Shown here piece after piece: positions 53,101 through 64,000 of a stretch of DNA of 64,000 bases (the stretch's first letter is position 1; every line of letters begins with the position of its first letter). The notes under the pieces are model-generated. The model was not told the DNA's origin and ran no database searches. It saw only the letters and a list, made by a program, of their open reading frames with translations. Origin of the DNA: Podarcis filfolensis (Eukaryota). The stretch lies in the NCBI GenBank assembly GCA_964270895.1, contig OZ185439.1, one strand, 5' to 3'. The position numbers were made by a program, and so were the translations under genes.

Positions 53101-56100
53101 ACAGTCCTGACACTGTCAAGCCTGACATCTTTTTATGTATTACTTCCTTGGAGGTGCTGTGTACTGTGCCTCCTCCCTTTGCTGGGTAGATCACAAGTGG
53201 CACTGATATGTGAAAACAAGGCCTCCTATTCTAAATGGCAGGATATCCTGCACATGTGAGTGTCCTTGTAGTTACCGTGCCAAACTCTGCCTTAACCAGA
53301 CAGTGCCCCTTTCCTGATCAGTTACTATCATGGTCTCTGAGGCTGCTCTTTGGGTCCTCATCTGTCCCTCTTTGCCATTTAGCTTAATAAATATCCCTAT
53401 TAATGGCTAAAATCTCTAGAAAACTAGGCAGGTTCACATTTAATTGTCAAAAAGTGAGACTCCTAAAGCATCTGGTAGCATACAACATATCTGAGATGAT
53501 AAAGGACTGAATGTTTGCCCTGGGTGACCCTCCTACCTATAAAGGAAGCACGCTTCAGAAGATTTTGCATGGATTACATTCAAAGTTGAAGTTGCTGGTT
53601 TGGTGGGGTGAGTGCCTGGAGCAACCGCTATAGGATGGAACCTCAGAGTTAGGGAGACTTCAGCTTAATTGTGTCTGACTCCTTCTGTTTCACTCTCCTT
53701 CCAAGGCTCCCTCATATATCCGGGAATGTGCAAGGCTGCATTACTTGGACTCCAGAACACATGCCTCAAAGGTAAGAGCAGTCCATGGCATTGGTCATGA
53801 AAGGGAGCACCCAACATGGGCACCAGCAGGTCAGCAAACTCATGACTAAAACAGTCTTGTTCATGAGAATTTCCAATAAGGGATTCTTCGGGGGAAATCT
53901 ATTCCTTAGGAAGGCAGAAAAGATGTAATTAGACCCCAGTTTTGCCACTTGGACTGCTACATATCCCCTCTAATAAAATATGTTCTAGTTAAGCTAAAAT
54001 TCTAGAGAACGGAACAAATTCTCATTTAACTGTCAAAAACAGGACAACATTTAGTATAGCATATGCATATTTTGGGGAGAGAGGAAAAGATCGGGCCCTC
54101 AGCTGTTCACCCAGATCTGACTTTGCTACTGGATATGAAGCTCAGACTACCTTTATTAGTGTGATGAAAGGCAAGATAGCTATCATTGGGAGTGGGGTGC
54201 TGATGGTCTTTATAGGACAAAACAGCCTGAAGTGCAAAGTGTTCTTTTGAATTTTTGCAGGATGACTTGGACTTGCCTGTGCCCCGGAATTTCAAAGACT
54301 TCCAGCTTCTGAAATTCAAGAAGCGAGGACTGGTGGATCCCTCTGCCCACCAAGAAGACACACAGCAACATACAGAAGAAGCACTGAAAGAGCTCTTCCA
54401 CCATGTTCATAATATGCCAGACTCTGCCAAGAAAAAGAAGCTCATTCAACAGGTAGAAGGGAGACTTTACTAATTGTCTGGAGCAAAGCGGCATAAATGG
54501 GAACCAGGATCAATCTTTAGGACAGATGGGCAATGCTGCAGAACTAATCATGCTATAAAGTGTGTGTTCTAGTTTCAGAAGCACCCTGAAGCTCTCACTC
54601 CTCAGGCAGGTGTACCCACACCCCGGACCCAGAAGCGGGCTCGCACTCGTTCCTTCAGTGGCTTAATCAAGGTATGGCTCTTTCTACCATTAACAATAAC
54701 TTCGGCTGCAGTGGTGCTGCTCAAGTTACCGTATTTTTCGCCCTATAGGACGCACCATCCCATAAGGCGCACCTAGTTTTTTTGGGGGGGGGAAATAAAG
54801 GGAAACAAATTATTTCCCCCCCAGGCGCGGGGCTGGGGCGGGGGAGGCCCGAGCTTCCCCCGACCCCAGCCCCCAAACAGGCAGCTCTCTGCAAGCCGTG
54901 GGAGCCCAGCGCTGGCTCCCGCAGCTTGCTGAGAGGTCCGCAAAGCCTGGACGCGCTGAGCTCAGTGCGCGCAGGCTTCGGCATGCAGGCAACTCTCCGC
55001 AAGCAGCGGGAGCGCTCCCGCTGCTTGCAGAGAGGTCCACGAAGCCTGGAGAGCGAGAGGGGTCGGTGCACACCGACCCCTCTCACTCTCCAGGCTTCAG
55101 CGAAAGGCTGCATTCGCCCCATAGGACGCACACACATTTCCCCTTCATTTTTGGAGGGGAAAAAGTGCATCCTATAGGGCGAGAAATACGGTACTTCTCG
55201 CTGGTGTATGCATTGGGCATATTGTCTGCTGTCCAGATGCATAAGTTTTCTGATGGTATGGGGTGTACATATTCAGGCTTCCATAAATAAGCCCTATTCT
55301 GTTCTGTTGCCTTTTTCTTTTCGTTCCCCAGTCACAATCCCAGTGTTTTTCTTTTCTTCATACAGCGTAAGGTGCTGGGGAGTCAAGGGTCTTTGGATAA
55401 AAAAGGGAAGGATGCAGTTTTGGAATCAGCGGGCATGAAAGAGCAGAAGCACGGCAGCAAGGAGAATGTAAGCATGGTAAGGCCAGCTGGAAGAACAATC
55501 ACTGTGCACTCATAATGGGGTTGGTTCATGAAGGGGGTTGCTGCTAGCTATTGCCTGCAGTTCATATCTGTCTGCACTGATGTGGCGCCCTAAATTATCC
55601 TGAGCACAACAGGAAGTCTGCATCACTCACATGACTAAGTGATGGGGCCAGGAATATGCCACTGCTATGTGACTGGAATGGCTACTAAATGCAGTACCTG
55701 CTCAGCCCTGGACATGAGTGGGGAATGGAGGGAAGACACACCAGCCATGACCCCAACTTCCTTGGAAACACTGCTATTGTCCACCAGTTTCAGAATGTGG
55801 TAGAAATGATACCTCCCATGCTGCCCAGAAACAAAGGGAGCCAAACCACACTGGCTGGCTTGTGAGTGGAGCCATGCTAGCTACCACCATACTTCCTCAA
55901 TACACCGCATCCCAACATGTGAGCACGGCTCCTAAGAGGCCCCAGGCAGCCTTGTAGGAAGGGATCCAGCACCTCAAATACCCCACCCCACATAGTTGCA
56001 CACCAGCCTCAGATCCCTGGCAGCTCATAGAACCACCCCCCAACCACCCTGTGCCTGATGGCTTCTGCCTTCTGGGTAGCATCCCATCCCTCACTGACTG

Positions 56101-57084
56101 CCTCATATCCCCTGGCAGCAACACTCAGCCCCCTGGTGCATTCCCAGTGACCCATCTGTGGAGCCAAAGGAAACAGGAAGTGGGGGAACCCAAGTCACAT
56201 CCAACCTCCCTACCCACCCTCCTTCCAAGAGTTGCATCCTAAAGCCACTTAAACCTGATTCAACACTTATGGAACATTGATTTTTTTTATTGAATGGCAC
56301 CTGATAGAGTGGATCTGAAAAGATAAAGAGGCATGTACATGGTTACTGACCAATCATCCCAGCAGAGTTTTTGTGCTGAGTGGCCCAACCCTACAGAGGA
56401 GCAACTGGAAGGGAAATTTTCTGTGCCATGTTTGGTATAAAGATGTACTGTTGATGTTGGCATGGATGTGTATTGAAGGGGTACGGGATCCAGCATAAGT
56501 GCTGCTTGTCTCTGTTGCCCATAGCTGTGACGCTTTCCAGATACGTATGTCACTGGCTGAGTGTTCTGCCAGCATATCTGTTGTGGCAGTGACACATGTG
56601 GCATTCTTCCAGTGCAGCAGGGTTTCCACTGAATCCTGTAACCCCTGACCCAGTGTAGGAGTGAGCCCTAAGCCCATCTGCCCTGCTGCTCTTAGGTAGT
56701 TGAACTCTTTCTTTCCCAGTGTAACAAAAGGCTGTTTCTTTCCTTTCCAAATCTGGGGAATTGAACTTGATGCCTCTGCTCCTATTGGCTGGTGGCCATT
56801 TTTGCATTTGGATGCTCCTTCCTTCTGAATTAAGGCTCCATATTTTTTTCTGGAGCAGCTTAATTTCCAGAAGTTTGGCAGACACGTGTGTGACATGGCA
56901 GGCTAGTAAATCTATGCAGCATGAGTAAGATCATGTTAGAAGTTGACTTGAATTTAGGCAGGCCAGTTGCTGGCAACTGAACCATCCTATCTTAGAGAGT
57001 GACAGCAAGGTTCAGAGGTTAGAGTTTTCTCATCTTCCCTAGTTACAGAAACCTGCTTCCTCTACAGCCATCAATGTGATTTGA
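39525..57084 (+). CDS. ARHGAP19: Rho GTPase-activating protein 19 (ARHGAP19); as assembled the frame ends at an in-frame TGA inside exon 11 (471 or 474 aa)
   Basis: Exons 39525-39577, 46632-46888, 51603-51683, 52007-52216, 52503-52729, 52913-52999, 53706-53771, 54261-54452, 54573-54671, 55366-55467 (or -55476), then 57043-57084 (TGA). SDAICSLVICNDSS...FNPDFFVEKLRHEKPE...LRVEGLFRVPGNSTRQQ (RhoGAP arginine finger)...KRARTRSFSGLIKRKVLG matches remembered ARHGAP19. Exons 1-10 are secure; the 3' end is less so. Confidence 0.93.
40090..40338 (+). mobile_element. CR1 LINE 3' end (approximate limits)
   Basis: ggacggctcgaaaagaggattagacaaattcatggaggagag...gttgctggactagatccagc...cttatgttcttatg, typical of CR1 3' termini. 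Confidence 0.7.
40480..40705 (-). mobile_element. MIR-like tRNA SINE
   Basis: Reverse complement reads cagtgtggcctagtggctag...gggttcaattcctcactcggcc...ctgggtgac...cagtcactgtctctcagc...gaggataaaatg. Confidence 0.7.
40785..40995 (+). mobile_element. MIR-like tRNA SINE
   Basis: tgtggtgtactggttagtg...ctgggagaccagg...ctgggtgactgtgggccagtcaacctctctcagc...gttgtgaggataaaatgggg. Confidence 0.7.
41105..41480 (-). mobile_element. Old L1-clade 3' fragment
   Basis: T-run plus TTTATT at the left end; ORF TTFLLVVAQLLIAKRNYKK...QWKQNMWTLALSEKLT resembles the C-termini of the two longer L1 copies. Confidence 0.55.
47247..47510 (+). mobile_element. tRNA-derived SINE with (TTC)n tail
   Basis: gagccagtgtggtataatggttaagagc...ctgggtgaccttgggccagtcaca...gaaaggcgggatatcaaatccaaact(ctt)n. 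Confidence 0.8.
47514..48891 (-). mobile_element. Young 5'-truncated L1-clade LINE (open ORF2 3' part, about 370 codons) in ARHGAP19 intron 2
   Basis: Uninterrupted frame to the stop at 47783 including KCWKCKENEGTFFHLWWTC; poly(A) tail (T-run 47514-47530) and AATAAA; 12-bp TSD CTTCTTCTGCTA at 47502-47513 and 48892-48903. Confidence 0.94.
48959..49097. mobile_element. hAT-like MITE
   Basis: Imperfect TIRs caaggggtgggaaacctgtggcc / ggccacaggttctccacccatag; internal gatgggaattgtagtc. Confidence 0.7.
49440..49635 (+). mobile_element. Degraded tRNA-derived SINE
   Basis: ttagcttggtgacagagcatgcgctttgcatttggaaggttcc...aatccctggc...ctgctgccagccagaca. Relatives at about 36330-36470 (-) and 60660-60790 (+). 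Confidence 0.5.
50120..50172. repeat. (ATT)n microsatellite
   Basis: Read directly. Confidence 0.95.
54729..55191. mobile_element. GC-rich TcMar (Tc2/pogo-like) MITE, 463 bp
   Basis: TIRs CCGTATTTTTCGCCCTATAGGA / TCCTATAGGGCGAGAAATACGG with TA on both sides; internal duplicated units and a 30-bp perfect palindrome. Confidence 0.92.
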
Positions 57085-57129
57085 GCACGTCTTAGGTCCC
57101 CTGAGGACAGGAAAGGGGAGTTCAATTCT
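57043..57129 (+). CDS. ARHGAP19: ARHGAP19 exon 11 (29 codons, internal TGA at codon 14)
   Basis: Pyrimidine tract plus AG at 57041-57042; LQKPASSTAINVI*ARLRSPEDRKGEFNS; donor GTATGT at 57130; phase 0 at both ends. Confidence 0.72.
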
Positions 57130-57775
57130 GTATGTATACATTACCATGTATAAGCAGCAGCAGCTTGCAATCTCATGTTCTCCTTTTTGGTATGAAGCCT
57201 ATGGACTTACCGAACTGCCTTTTGGAAGAATAGAATCATAGAATTGTAGAGGGGGAAGGAATCCCAAGGGTCATCTGGTCCAGCTCCATGCAATGCAGGC
57301 ATCCTGCCCACAGCCACCCCTGGGTGGGCCTGAACCATCAACCTCTGGTTAACATCCAGACACATTGACCCATTGCACCACAGAGGCTGCAAAGATTCTT
57401 TTTAAGTGTGTGATGTGTGTCTATAGCTTGATGCCTAAACTCATTGCCAAGAATTAACCAAGAAGCTGCTGTCAGGATGGTTAACTTTTATCTGACAGAT
57501 AAAACTAGTGAATAGATTTAAAGTGTTAATGTTAGTCCTCAAACTGCCTTGAGTAGGCTGTTTCTGTTGACAGCATCCGTGAATGAAAGGAAGATGTGCA
57601 GGGAAGCAACCAAGCTAGAAGAGTGCATTAAAATGGTCCTTAGCCTTAAATCTGGTCTTCTCAACAGGAAGTAGAGGTGTAATGTGGTGAAATGTGTCTG
57701 TGGCTTCCTATCCTTTCCTAATGCTTGCAAGCACAGCTCAGTACAAATGTACTAATTATTCTCCTTCTGGTGCAG

Positions 57776-57832
57776 GACTCCCGTAAATATACTCGATTCC
57801 ATGGTTCCTCGACAAAGGAGTCTTCCATTTGA
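57776..57832 (+). CDS. ARHGAP19: ARHGAP19 terminal exon 12 coding part (DSRKYTRFHGSSTKESSI*), only translated if the exon-11 TGA is bypassed or wrong
   Basis: Strong acceptor ...ttctccttctggtgcag at 57775, phase-0 open frame to TGA, followed by a long UTR-like stretch with AATAAA at 59043-59048 and ATTAAA at 60063-60068. Confidence 0.6.
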   Translation, partial: DSRKYTRFHGSSTKESSI

Positions 57833-58489
57833 AGATCCACTCAATGGTCGGTCTCTCTTTATATCAGTATATATCTACACACAGCAAAGACTTGCAGCTC
57901 TGTGGATAATGCCTGCTACTCCCAAGCTGTGAGTCAAGACTCGCTTATCCCTCTAACCTCACTTATTGGAGCCTGGCCTACAACTGTGTGTCTGCCAGAA
58001 TAACAGACTCTTCCATTGAACATGAGGAAACCACTATTCAACCACTTGTCTAGCCTGAGAATGGACTGGACAGTATCTGCAGTATAGCCTCTCTTTGGAG
58101 AGGTTGCTTTGTATGTCTTGTTCTCTCAGCTGTCCATCTTTCTAACAGTTCTTTGGGACTTGGCTTACACTGTCCTGTTTTGTGGCTGGTGTTTGTTTGT
58201 TTGTTTTTTGATTTTGGCTTTTAGTGTGTACGCACACTGTTTCTTTTACCCCTGCAATTCCCATTAGCATCCACAGTAGAGTCAAGCTTTCAGATCCCCT
58301 TGGCAGCTAGGCTCATTTCGGCCTCTCTTTGTATGGAAGTCTCTCTGTTGTGGTTACTGATGGGATTTGAGAAGTAGCTGTGCTCTTAGCTGCCTCTCCC
58401 AGATTGCAGGGATCTCCCTCAGGCCTGTGGCTCATCTGTCACAAATCCCAGCGTCGGACATATCCGAACTTAGACATCTTAAACCAGGG

Positions 58490-61400
58490 ATGCGGGGAGC
58501 CTGTGGCACTCCAGATGTTGTTGGATTCAGTCTCCAGTTAGCCCAGCCAGCATGTCCTATTCTTGGGGATGATTGGGAGTTGTAATCCAGCAATATCCCT
58601 CATTTAAGAGCAGCGGTAGCAGGAAAGAATTTCTGCAAACTGCCCCTTTAAAAAAATAGAGCCCAAGGGCTCCTTGCCTGAATTCTAGCATGTCTGGTGA
58701 ATCACCTGCAATGTGATTACATCTTTCTCCCCTCAAAAGGCCGCCAGTTCTGTTGCCACAGACACTTGCCTTCCGCCTGCTACGATTATTCTTCCATCAG
58801 CGCTGATTGCCAAGACAGCGTTTTGGCTGAGGCTCTGCCTGATGGAGTCTGTTTCACTGCCCCCTACCTGTCACATTCCCATTGTCTGTGGCCCAGGCTC
58901 TGATGTACGTTGCTCAGGCAGGACAGGGGGCTGACAGTTTAATGACTAACAATCTGCTGAAAATGTACTGAAAGAGAGGAACTTGCAAATACAGAAGGCT
59001 AACTGACTTGCTCCCTGGGAAGGAGGAGAGGCTGTCAAGATGAATAAAAGAAATGTTCCTGTTTCCTTCCAACAATGAGAAGAGGGCAGGTGGGAGGGTA
59101 GTGCAATGCTATAGCAATACTGCTATTTGCAGCTCTGTATTTGCTAAGCTTTCCCTTCACCTAAAGGAACAAGTGTCTGTCTGGGTCAGGGGTGGTGAAC
59201 CTGTGGCCCTCCAAGTTGTGTTGGACAAAACACCTATTAAAACTCCCACCTATTACCAGTACACAGTCATCAGCCCCAGCTAATGTGGCTGAGTTGAACA
59301 ACATCTGGAGGGCCACTTACTATTCCTGATAACTGGCTTCTGCCTTAGTCTCAGATAGATTTGGCTCAAAGGCTTTTGCAAAGGCACTGTATATTTGAAT
59401 TTCCTAAATATGTGAGGATTGAGCTTCTTTTTATTATTCTAAAAAGACTGTCGTAAATCTGTGTCAGGGACCCTGTCAAATGGTCTTCTGATGTGTAGAG
59501 ATGTATACACCCCTGTTAAAGCAGGTATGGGGAACCTGTGGCCTTCCAGGTGGTGTTCAACTCAACCTCTTGTCACCCACAACAAGTAGCCATATGGTCT
59601 GGAGCTGATAAAGAGTTTGGGGTCCGACCACACCTGGAGACTCACAGGTTAGCTGCTTCTATGTTCCTCATCTCCCCAACCTCGAAGCTGGTATGTAGCT
59701 TCAGCCAAAGAAGTAGAAAACTGCTAACACTTGGGAGGTCATAGGCAAGACTGAAAAGTGCCCAAAAAAATGTCAGGGGAAGCAATCATAGTGGGCAAAA
59801 CCTGTTTCGGTTACTCTAGATCTTAAGCTTGGGTCATTCAAATCTTAGCGGTATTGTAAGTGAAAGCAGGACTGCCCCCATTGTTGTGTCAGTGCTGCTT
59901 GTGCAGGTTCTCTGACTGCCCCCATTGTTTTTCATGTTTTACTGTTCTCTTAACTTATCCTTATGTGGACAACCTTTACTTATTTATGCAATGTAGTGAT
60001 GTAAGTAAAATAATATGTTGTTTCTTGTGGTGTATTGCCCTCTGTTAATGTGAAAATCCTACATTAAATACTGGTGGTTATTGGTGCCTTTTTAACAGAC
60101 TCTTGGCTAATTTTATTTTTTATGCAGAATGGAGATCGGATTTAAGAGACGGAGAGTCTGTGACCATAAATATAATGACTTTAAAAGTGTGTGCTTCTGG
60201 AGCTGGGCTTGACCAGGGGACTCCTGTGCCTGTTCCCTTCCAACTATCAACAACCCACTTCTTTTTCCTCTTGCTCTTTCCCATGATTCTATATTCTTCC
60301 CATTACTGGCCCATCATTCCACAATGGTAAAGAAAGTGGGCATCACACTAGTCCTCATAGACATTGTAAAACGGAAGGTCCTCCATTCTGTTAATGGAGG
60401 ACAACTCTCATCTGCTGTAGCCAGCACAGCCAGTGGTCAGGGCTGATGGGCATGGTGGTCCACTAACAGCTAGAGGGTCACTGGTTCCCCATCCTCTGTA
60501 GAAGGGCTTCTGAAAAGACATTTGGGAAAAGAGGGAGCCTGTATTAGATGATCACTATGGAAAGAAGGTTCTTCCCATGGACTGAGTTAATGGAGTAGAG
60601 AACCAAGACAACAATGCAGTCAGAATCCACCCCACTTCTCCACAAGGCTTAATTAGAGGGGAAGGCATAGTTAGGCTTCCTGCTGGCATTGACCCCTGTT
60701 GAAAACCCCTGGAGAGCCACTGCCAGTCAGCCTAGACAATGCTGGACTAGCTGCACCATTTCTCTGGCTCAAGGCAGCTCTACATCCAAGTTATTTCAGA
60801 ACAAAGTGATGGGGAAAAGGCTATACCTTGCAATCATCCAGCAAGCTACCAATAACTACCTTCTGCCAACCCATGCAGGCAATGCTACTTCTGAAGCATT
60901 AACATTGCTAAAACCCAGAGAAGTTATTTGTTGCCATGTGCTGACAGTCAAAACTGAGGGAATCAGAGAGATCCTGAACTCAAACTACTTCCCTGGAGAC
61001 TGACCTTGGGAAAGGTCTCAAAGCTAATTTTCCTGGAAAATGAAATTTTGTGACAGTTTGAAAAGTCACGGCAACAGTGATGATAGGATGTGAAACCTGG
61101 TTGCCTTCCCATGCATGCAAGTGTCTGTCTATAACTGGTGGAAGGACCTGATCCTTGTCTGCCAATTCCCTTTCTCCGATATTAAAATCTAAGCAAACAG
61201 TACTTTATTCTTGGTAAAGAGAGGAAAAAACTTCTGCTACAGAGCCACAAGAGGGAGCTATTTGCTCATCCATGCCTTGTGATTTCCTGTCTACACACCT
61301 TAGCATGATCAGCTGGTAGGTGAAAGGGATTGTGACATGAGAGGTGATGGAGCAAAGGATTGCTATTCTCATTCTTGGTTTGGCCAGTTTTCTCTGTTTT

Positions 61401-63590
61401 AGCAGATGGGGCCCTGTGATTTATTTTCTCCATTGCCTTCACTTGATGCAAACTGCTCCAGATTCCTTAAGCCAAGCAAAATGGGGCCCACACACCAACC
61501 CGATGACATGCTGTAATGCAGTTCCTAATGCAGATGAAACGCAACAGCCCTGTAGCAGTTATTAATGACTCCCATCCCAAGACCACCTTCTAGCTAGCCA
61601 TAAATACAGAGAAGACAACTCCTTGGCATCTCTATCAATAAAGCAGGACAGGACTATTATGCCTCCCTCTCTTGTCGGGCCAGGGAAAGGGTTTGGTGGG
61701 CTCCATGCAAAGGAAAATCAAATGGAGTTGAAGAGAAGCAATGCGATGCCCAGTGTACTTCCTTTTGAATCCTTCCTGCCCCCTTCCGGGAGCCAAGGCA
61801 ATCAGGAAAAACCCTTGGGAACCAAGTCCTCTCCAAAGAGGCATGAGTTTATTGCAGTAAAACTGCAGTGTTTGACACTATGGAGAAATATGCCAGACAT
61901 ACTTGGCAACAGCAAGTGGAAAGTTAGCCTAATAAGCAGTAAATTATCCTACCCTTTCCCTGAGGAGGGATAATGAATTTCTCCAAGTAAAGGAACAGAG
62001 AGGGAGAGAGAGGAAGAAAGTGTAACAGTGAGTACAAACAGGGTCTCTGGCTTAGAGATTCTACATGGAACAGTAACCAAATTCCCACAAATTTGTCACA
62101 TGTGTGTGGAATTTGATCCATTTTGTGTAAACGATGGCTAGAATGCGGTGGGGGAATAGCTGGCACATTCTGCAGCATCTGTTAGGAAAGCTATTATAAT
62201 AAGAGTCTCTGAGGGTTCCAGGACAATAACCATCTCAAGTCCACGTACCTGCAGTTGAAGCCAGTTTCCTGAGCCACCCAAGTGGTGGGATCTTTCCTTT
62301 TGCCCGTAGGAAATAAACTAAGAATCAAGATTACAAATAAATACTTTCTCTGGGCTGGGAGACTGCTACAGTCAATTACCCAAACAACCGTGAAGGCCCT
62401 TGGTAGGACCGAATAACAAATCCCAGAAGCTACGACCAAAATAGGCTTCCGTTGTAACCAGTAATGTGCTGCATTATGGAACTCTGGATGGCTTTAAAGG
62501 CTGGAATAAAGCCATATTGGAAGGGGGAGGTGTTGTGTGTCCTCTAACTTGAAAATATCAGAACTAAAGGTGGCGGAAATCCACGTATTTAGCAGTTACT
62601 ATGAATGCTTTTAACCTACCTTTCGAGGGCATATGTAAATTCCACCTCCACACTTGCACATGTTGGCCACCATGTCGAATCGGCAACCAATGGCTGGAAT
62701 TGAGACATATTTTGAAAAATGTACTCTCTTTCAGAACCCAGCAGGACACGAGCAAATCCCCTAGTGGTTAGAGACCACTGGAAAGGAGGCAAGATGGGTC
62801 TCACTTGGAAGGGAGTTCCAAATTCTAGGGCCGCCCAGAGCCTTTCTGCTATTTATTACCTACTTTTCTTCCTCTACATTTCTCATGGGTACGCAATATA
62901 CCTTATAGCCATAAAGCAAAGTGGTTCATGCGCAATATACCTTATAGCCATAAAGCAAAGTGGTTCATGCGGTAGCTAAAACATGTTTGCTAGTGTGAAC
63001 GTGAACTGTGGAAGCTGCACATTCTGAGCTGGAAGTCTAGTTTATATCTGAGCTCAGGGTGATGAGAGAAATTATCCTGCAGGTCCAGCACTCATTTTGT
63101 GTTTTAGCCACATGTTCCAAGGCTCAGCCTAGGACTGGAAAAAAGACTCCAGAACTGATCCCTGTCTCAGGTAAGTCCTACTTTTTCTAGCCCCTTTTAT
63201 TTGGTCTTCCTTCTCACACATACCATGCTGCTCACAAGTGCTCAGGGATGCTTTTCCCTGACATCTTCTGGTTCTCTGTGTTAGTAGCTGTAAGTCAAAG
63301 TTGTTGGAGATAACCTTTTACACAAAGAGCTCATGATAGGGGGCCTTGCAAATAAACAGAGGACTTTGAGCCACACCTTTCATTGCATTTTCTCAGTCGT
63401 TGTTTCATCAGGAAAGAGACTTTCAGAGTAGATCTTGGATGCTATGGCTAAAATTCCATCTCCGTATCTTTTTATGGCAGGGGTGGTTCTCATGTTGTTG
63501 GACTACAGCTCCCATGATTCTTGATCATTGCCTCTGCTGGTGGGGGCTGATGGGAGTCATAGTCCAACAACACCTGGAGGGCTGCCCCTG
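58490..63590. mobile_element. Cluster of degraded hAT-like MITE copies (about 58495-58590, 59185-59320, 59521-59660, 60415-60500, 63480-63590)
   Basis: Shared ends (ggaacctgtggccctcc / ctggagggcc) and the internal ggactaca...gatgggag motif. Confidence 0.6.
62892..62971. repeat. Perfect 39-bp tandem duplication
   Basis: CGCAATATACCTTATAGCCATAAAGCAAAGTGGTTCATG at 62892-62930 and 62931-62969. Confidence 0.95.
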
Positions 63591-64000
63591 CTTTATAGAG
63601 AACGTTGTGTGCAATAATTTTGCCAGCCTCAAGAGGGTGCTGGTGTGACAAGACAAAAAATGAATAGCGGTAATGATTGTTGAAATTACTTTCCTAATGG
63701 CATATAATGTAGAACCTGATGTATTCCATTAAGGCAGCAATCAAATTATAGTCATGTAATGACACATCTCAAACTTCTATAAAGAGACTTTGTAGGAAAG
63801 GAATGGTGGGAAGAGATTTCTATAATAAATTATGAAGAGAACTAAAATTTGTGAAAATTTTAATTGTGCCTCCGCCAGGAACATGAGAGAGGAATAATGT
63901 ACTGCCCTAGTTGAATATGAAAGCAAGGTTCTGCTTCTGTCGTAAAAAGCAACTGATTTCACTGGTTTCACTAAGGGGTAAATATGTGGATAGTGACTGG

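Noticed and set aside
54160-54202. C-box (GTGATGA) and D-box (CTGA) pair in ARHGAP19 intron 7
   Set aside because: The span is only about 43 nt with no terminal stem, too short for a C/D snoRNA.
58021-58070. Possible SECIS (ATGA...AA...GA) in the ARHGAP19 3' UTR to explain the exon 11 TGA
   Set aside because: The apical AA spacing and helix II pairing do not fit the SECIS consensus by eye.
57833-64000. SLIT1 or another gene downstream of ARHGAP19
   Set aside because: No recognisable SLIT1 signal-peptide/LRR exon or CpG island in the window; the ORFs here look non-coding.

Overview
This is vertebrate genomic DNA, most likely from a squamate reptile (a lacertid-type lizard, inferred from Sauria-type SINEs with (ACCTTT)n tails and associated MITE families). 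It is not prokaryotic, and the short ORFs in the supplied track are mostly exon fragments or noise. Four spliced genes could be rebuilt exon by exon with consistent splice phases. EXOSC1 (+) has exons 2-8 in the window, and intron 6 is U12-type. PGAM1 (-) has 4 exons and 255 aa. RRP12 (+) has 34 exons and 1295 aa, and is head-to-head with PGAM1. ARHGAP19 (+) has 12 exons. The order matches the human 10q24 block, except that no FRAT1/FRAT2-like gene is seen between RRP12 and ARHGAP19. The most striking observation is an in-frame TGA in the middle of ARHGAP19 penultimate exon 11, whose frame, donor site and downstream exon still look coding. Introns and spacers hold many transposable elements: Sauria SINEs with TSDs, MIR-like and tRNA/CR1-tail SINEs, 5'-truncated L1-clade LINEs with TSDs, Tc1/mariner-type MITEs with TA duplications, and a hAT-like MITE family carrying ACTACAnnTCCCA motifs. 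There are also microsatellites, a 62-bp perfect AT palindrome and a 128-N assembly gap. All homology statements come from remembered orthologue sequences and family consensus, not from database searches.
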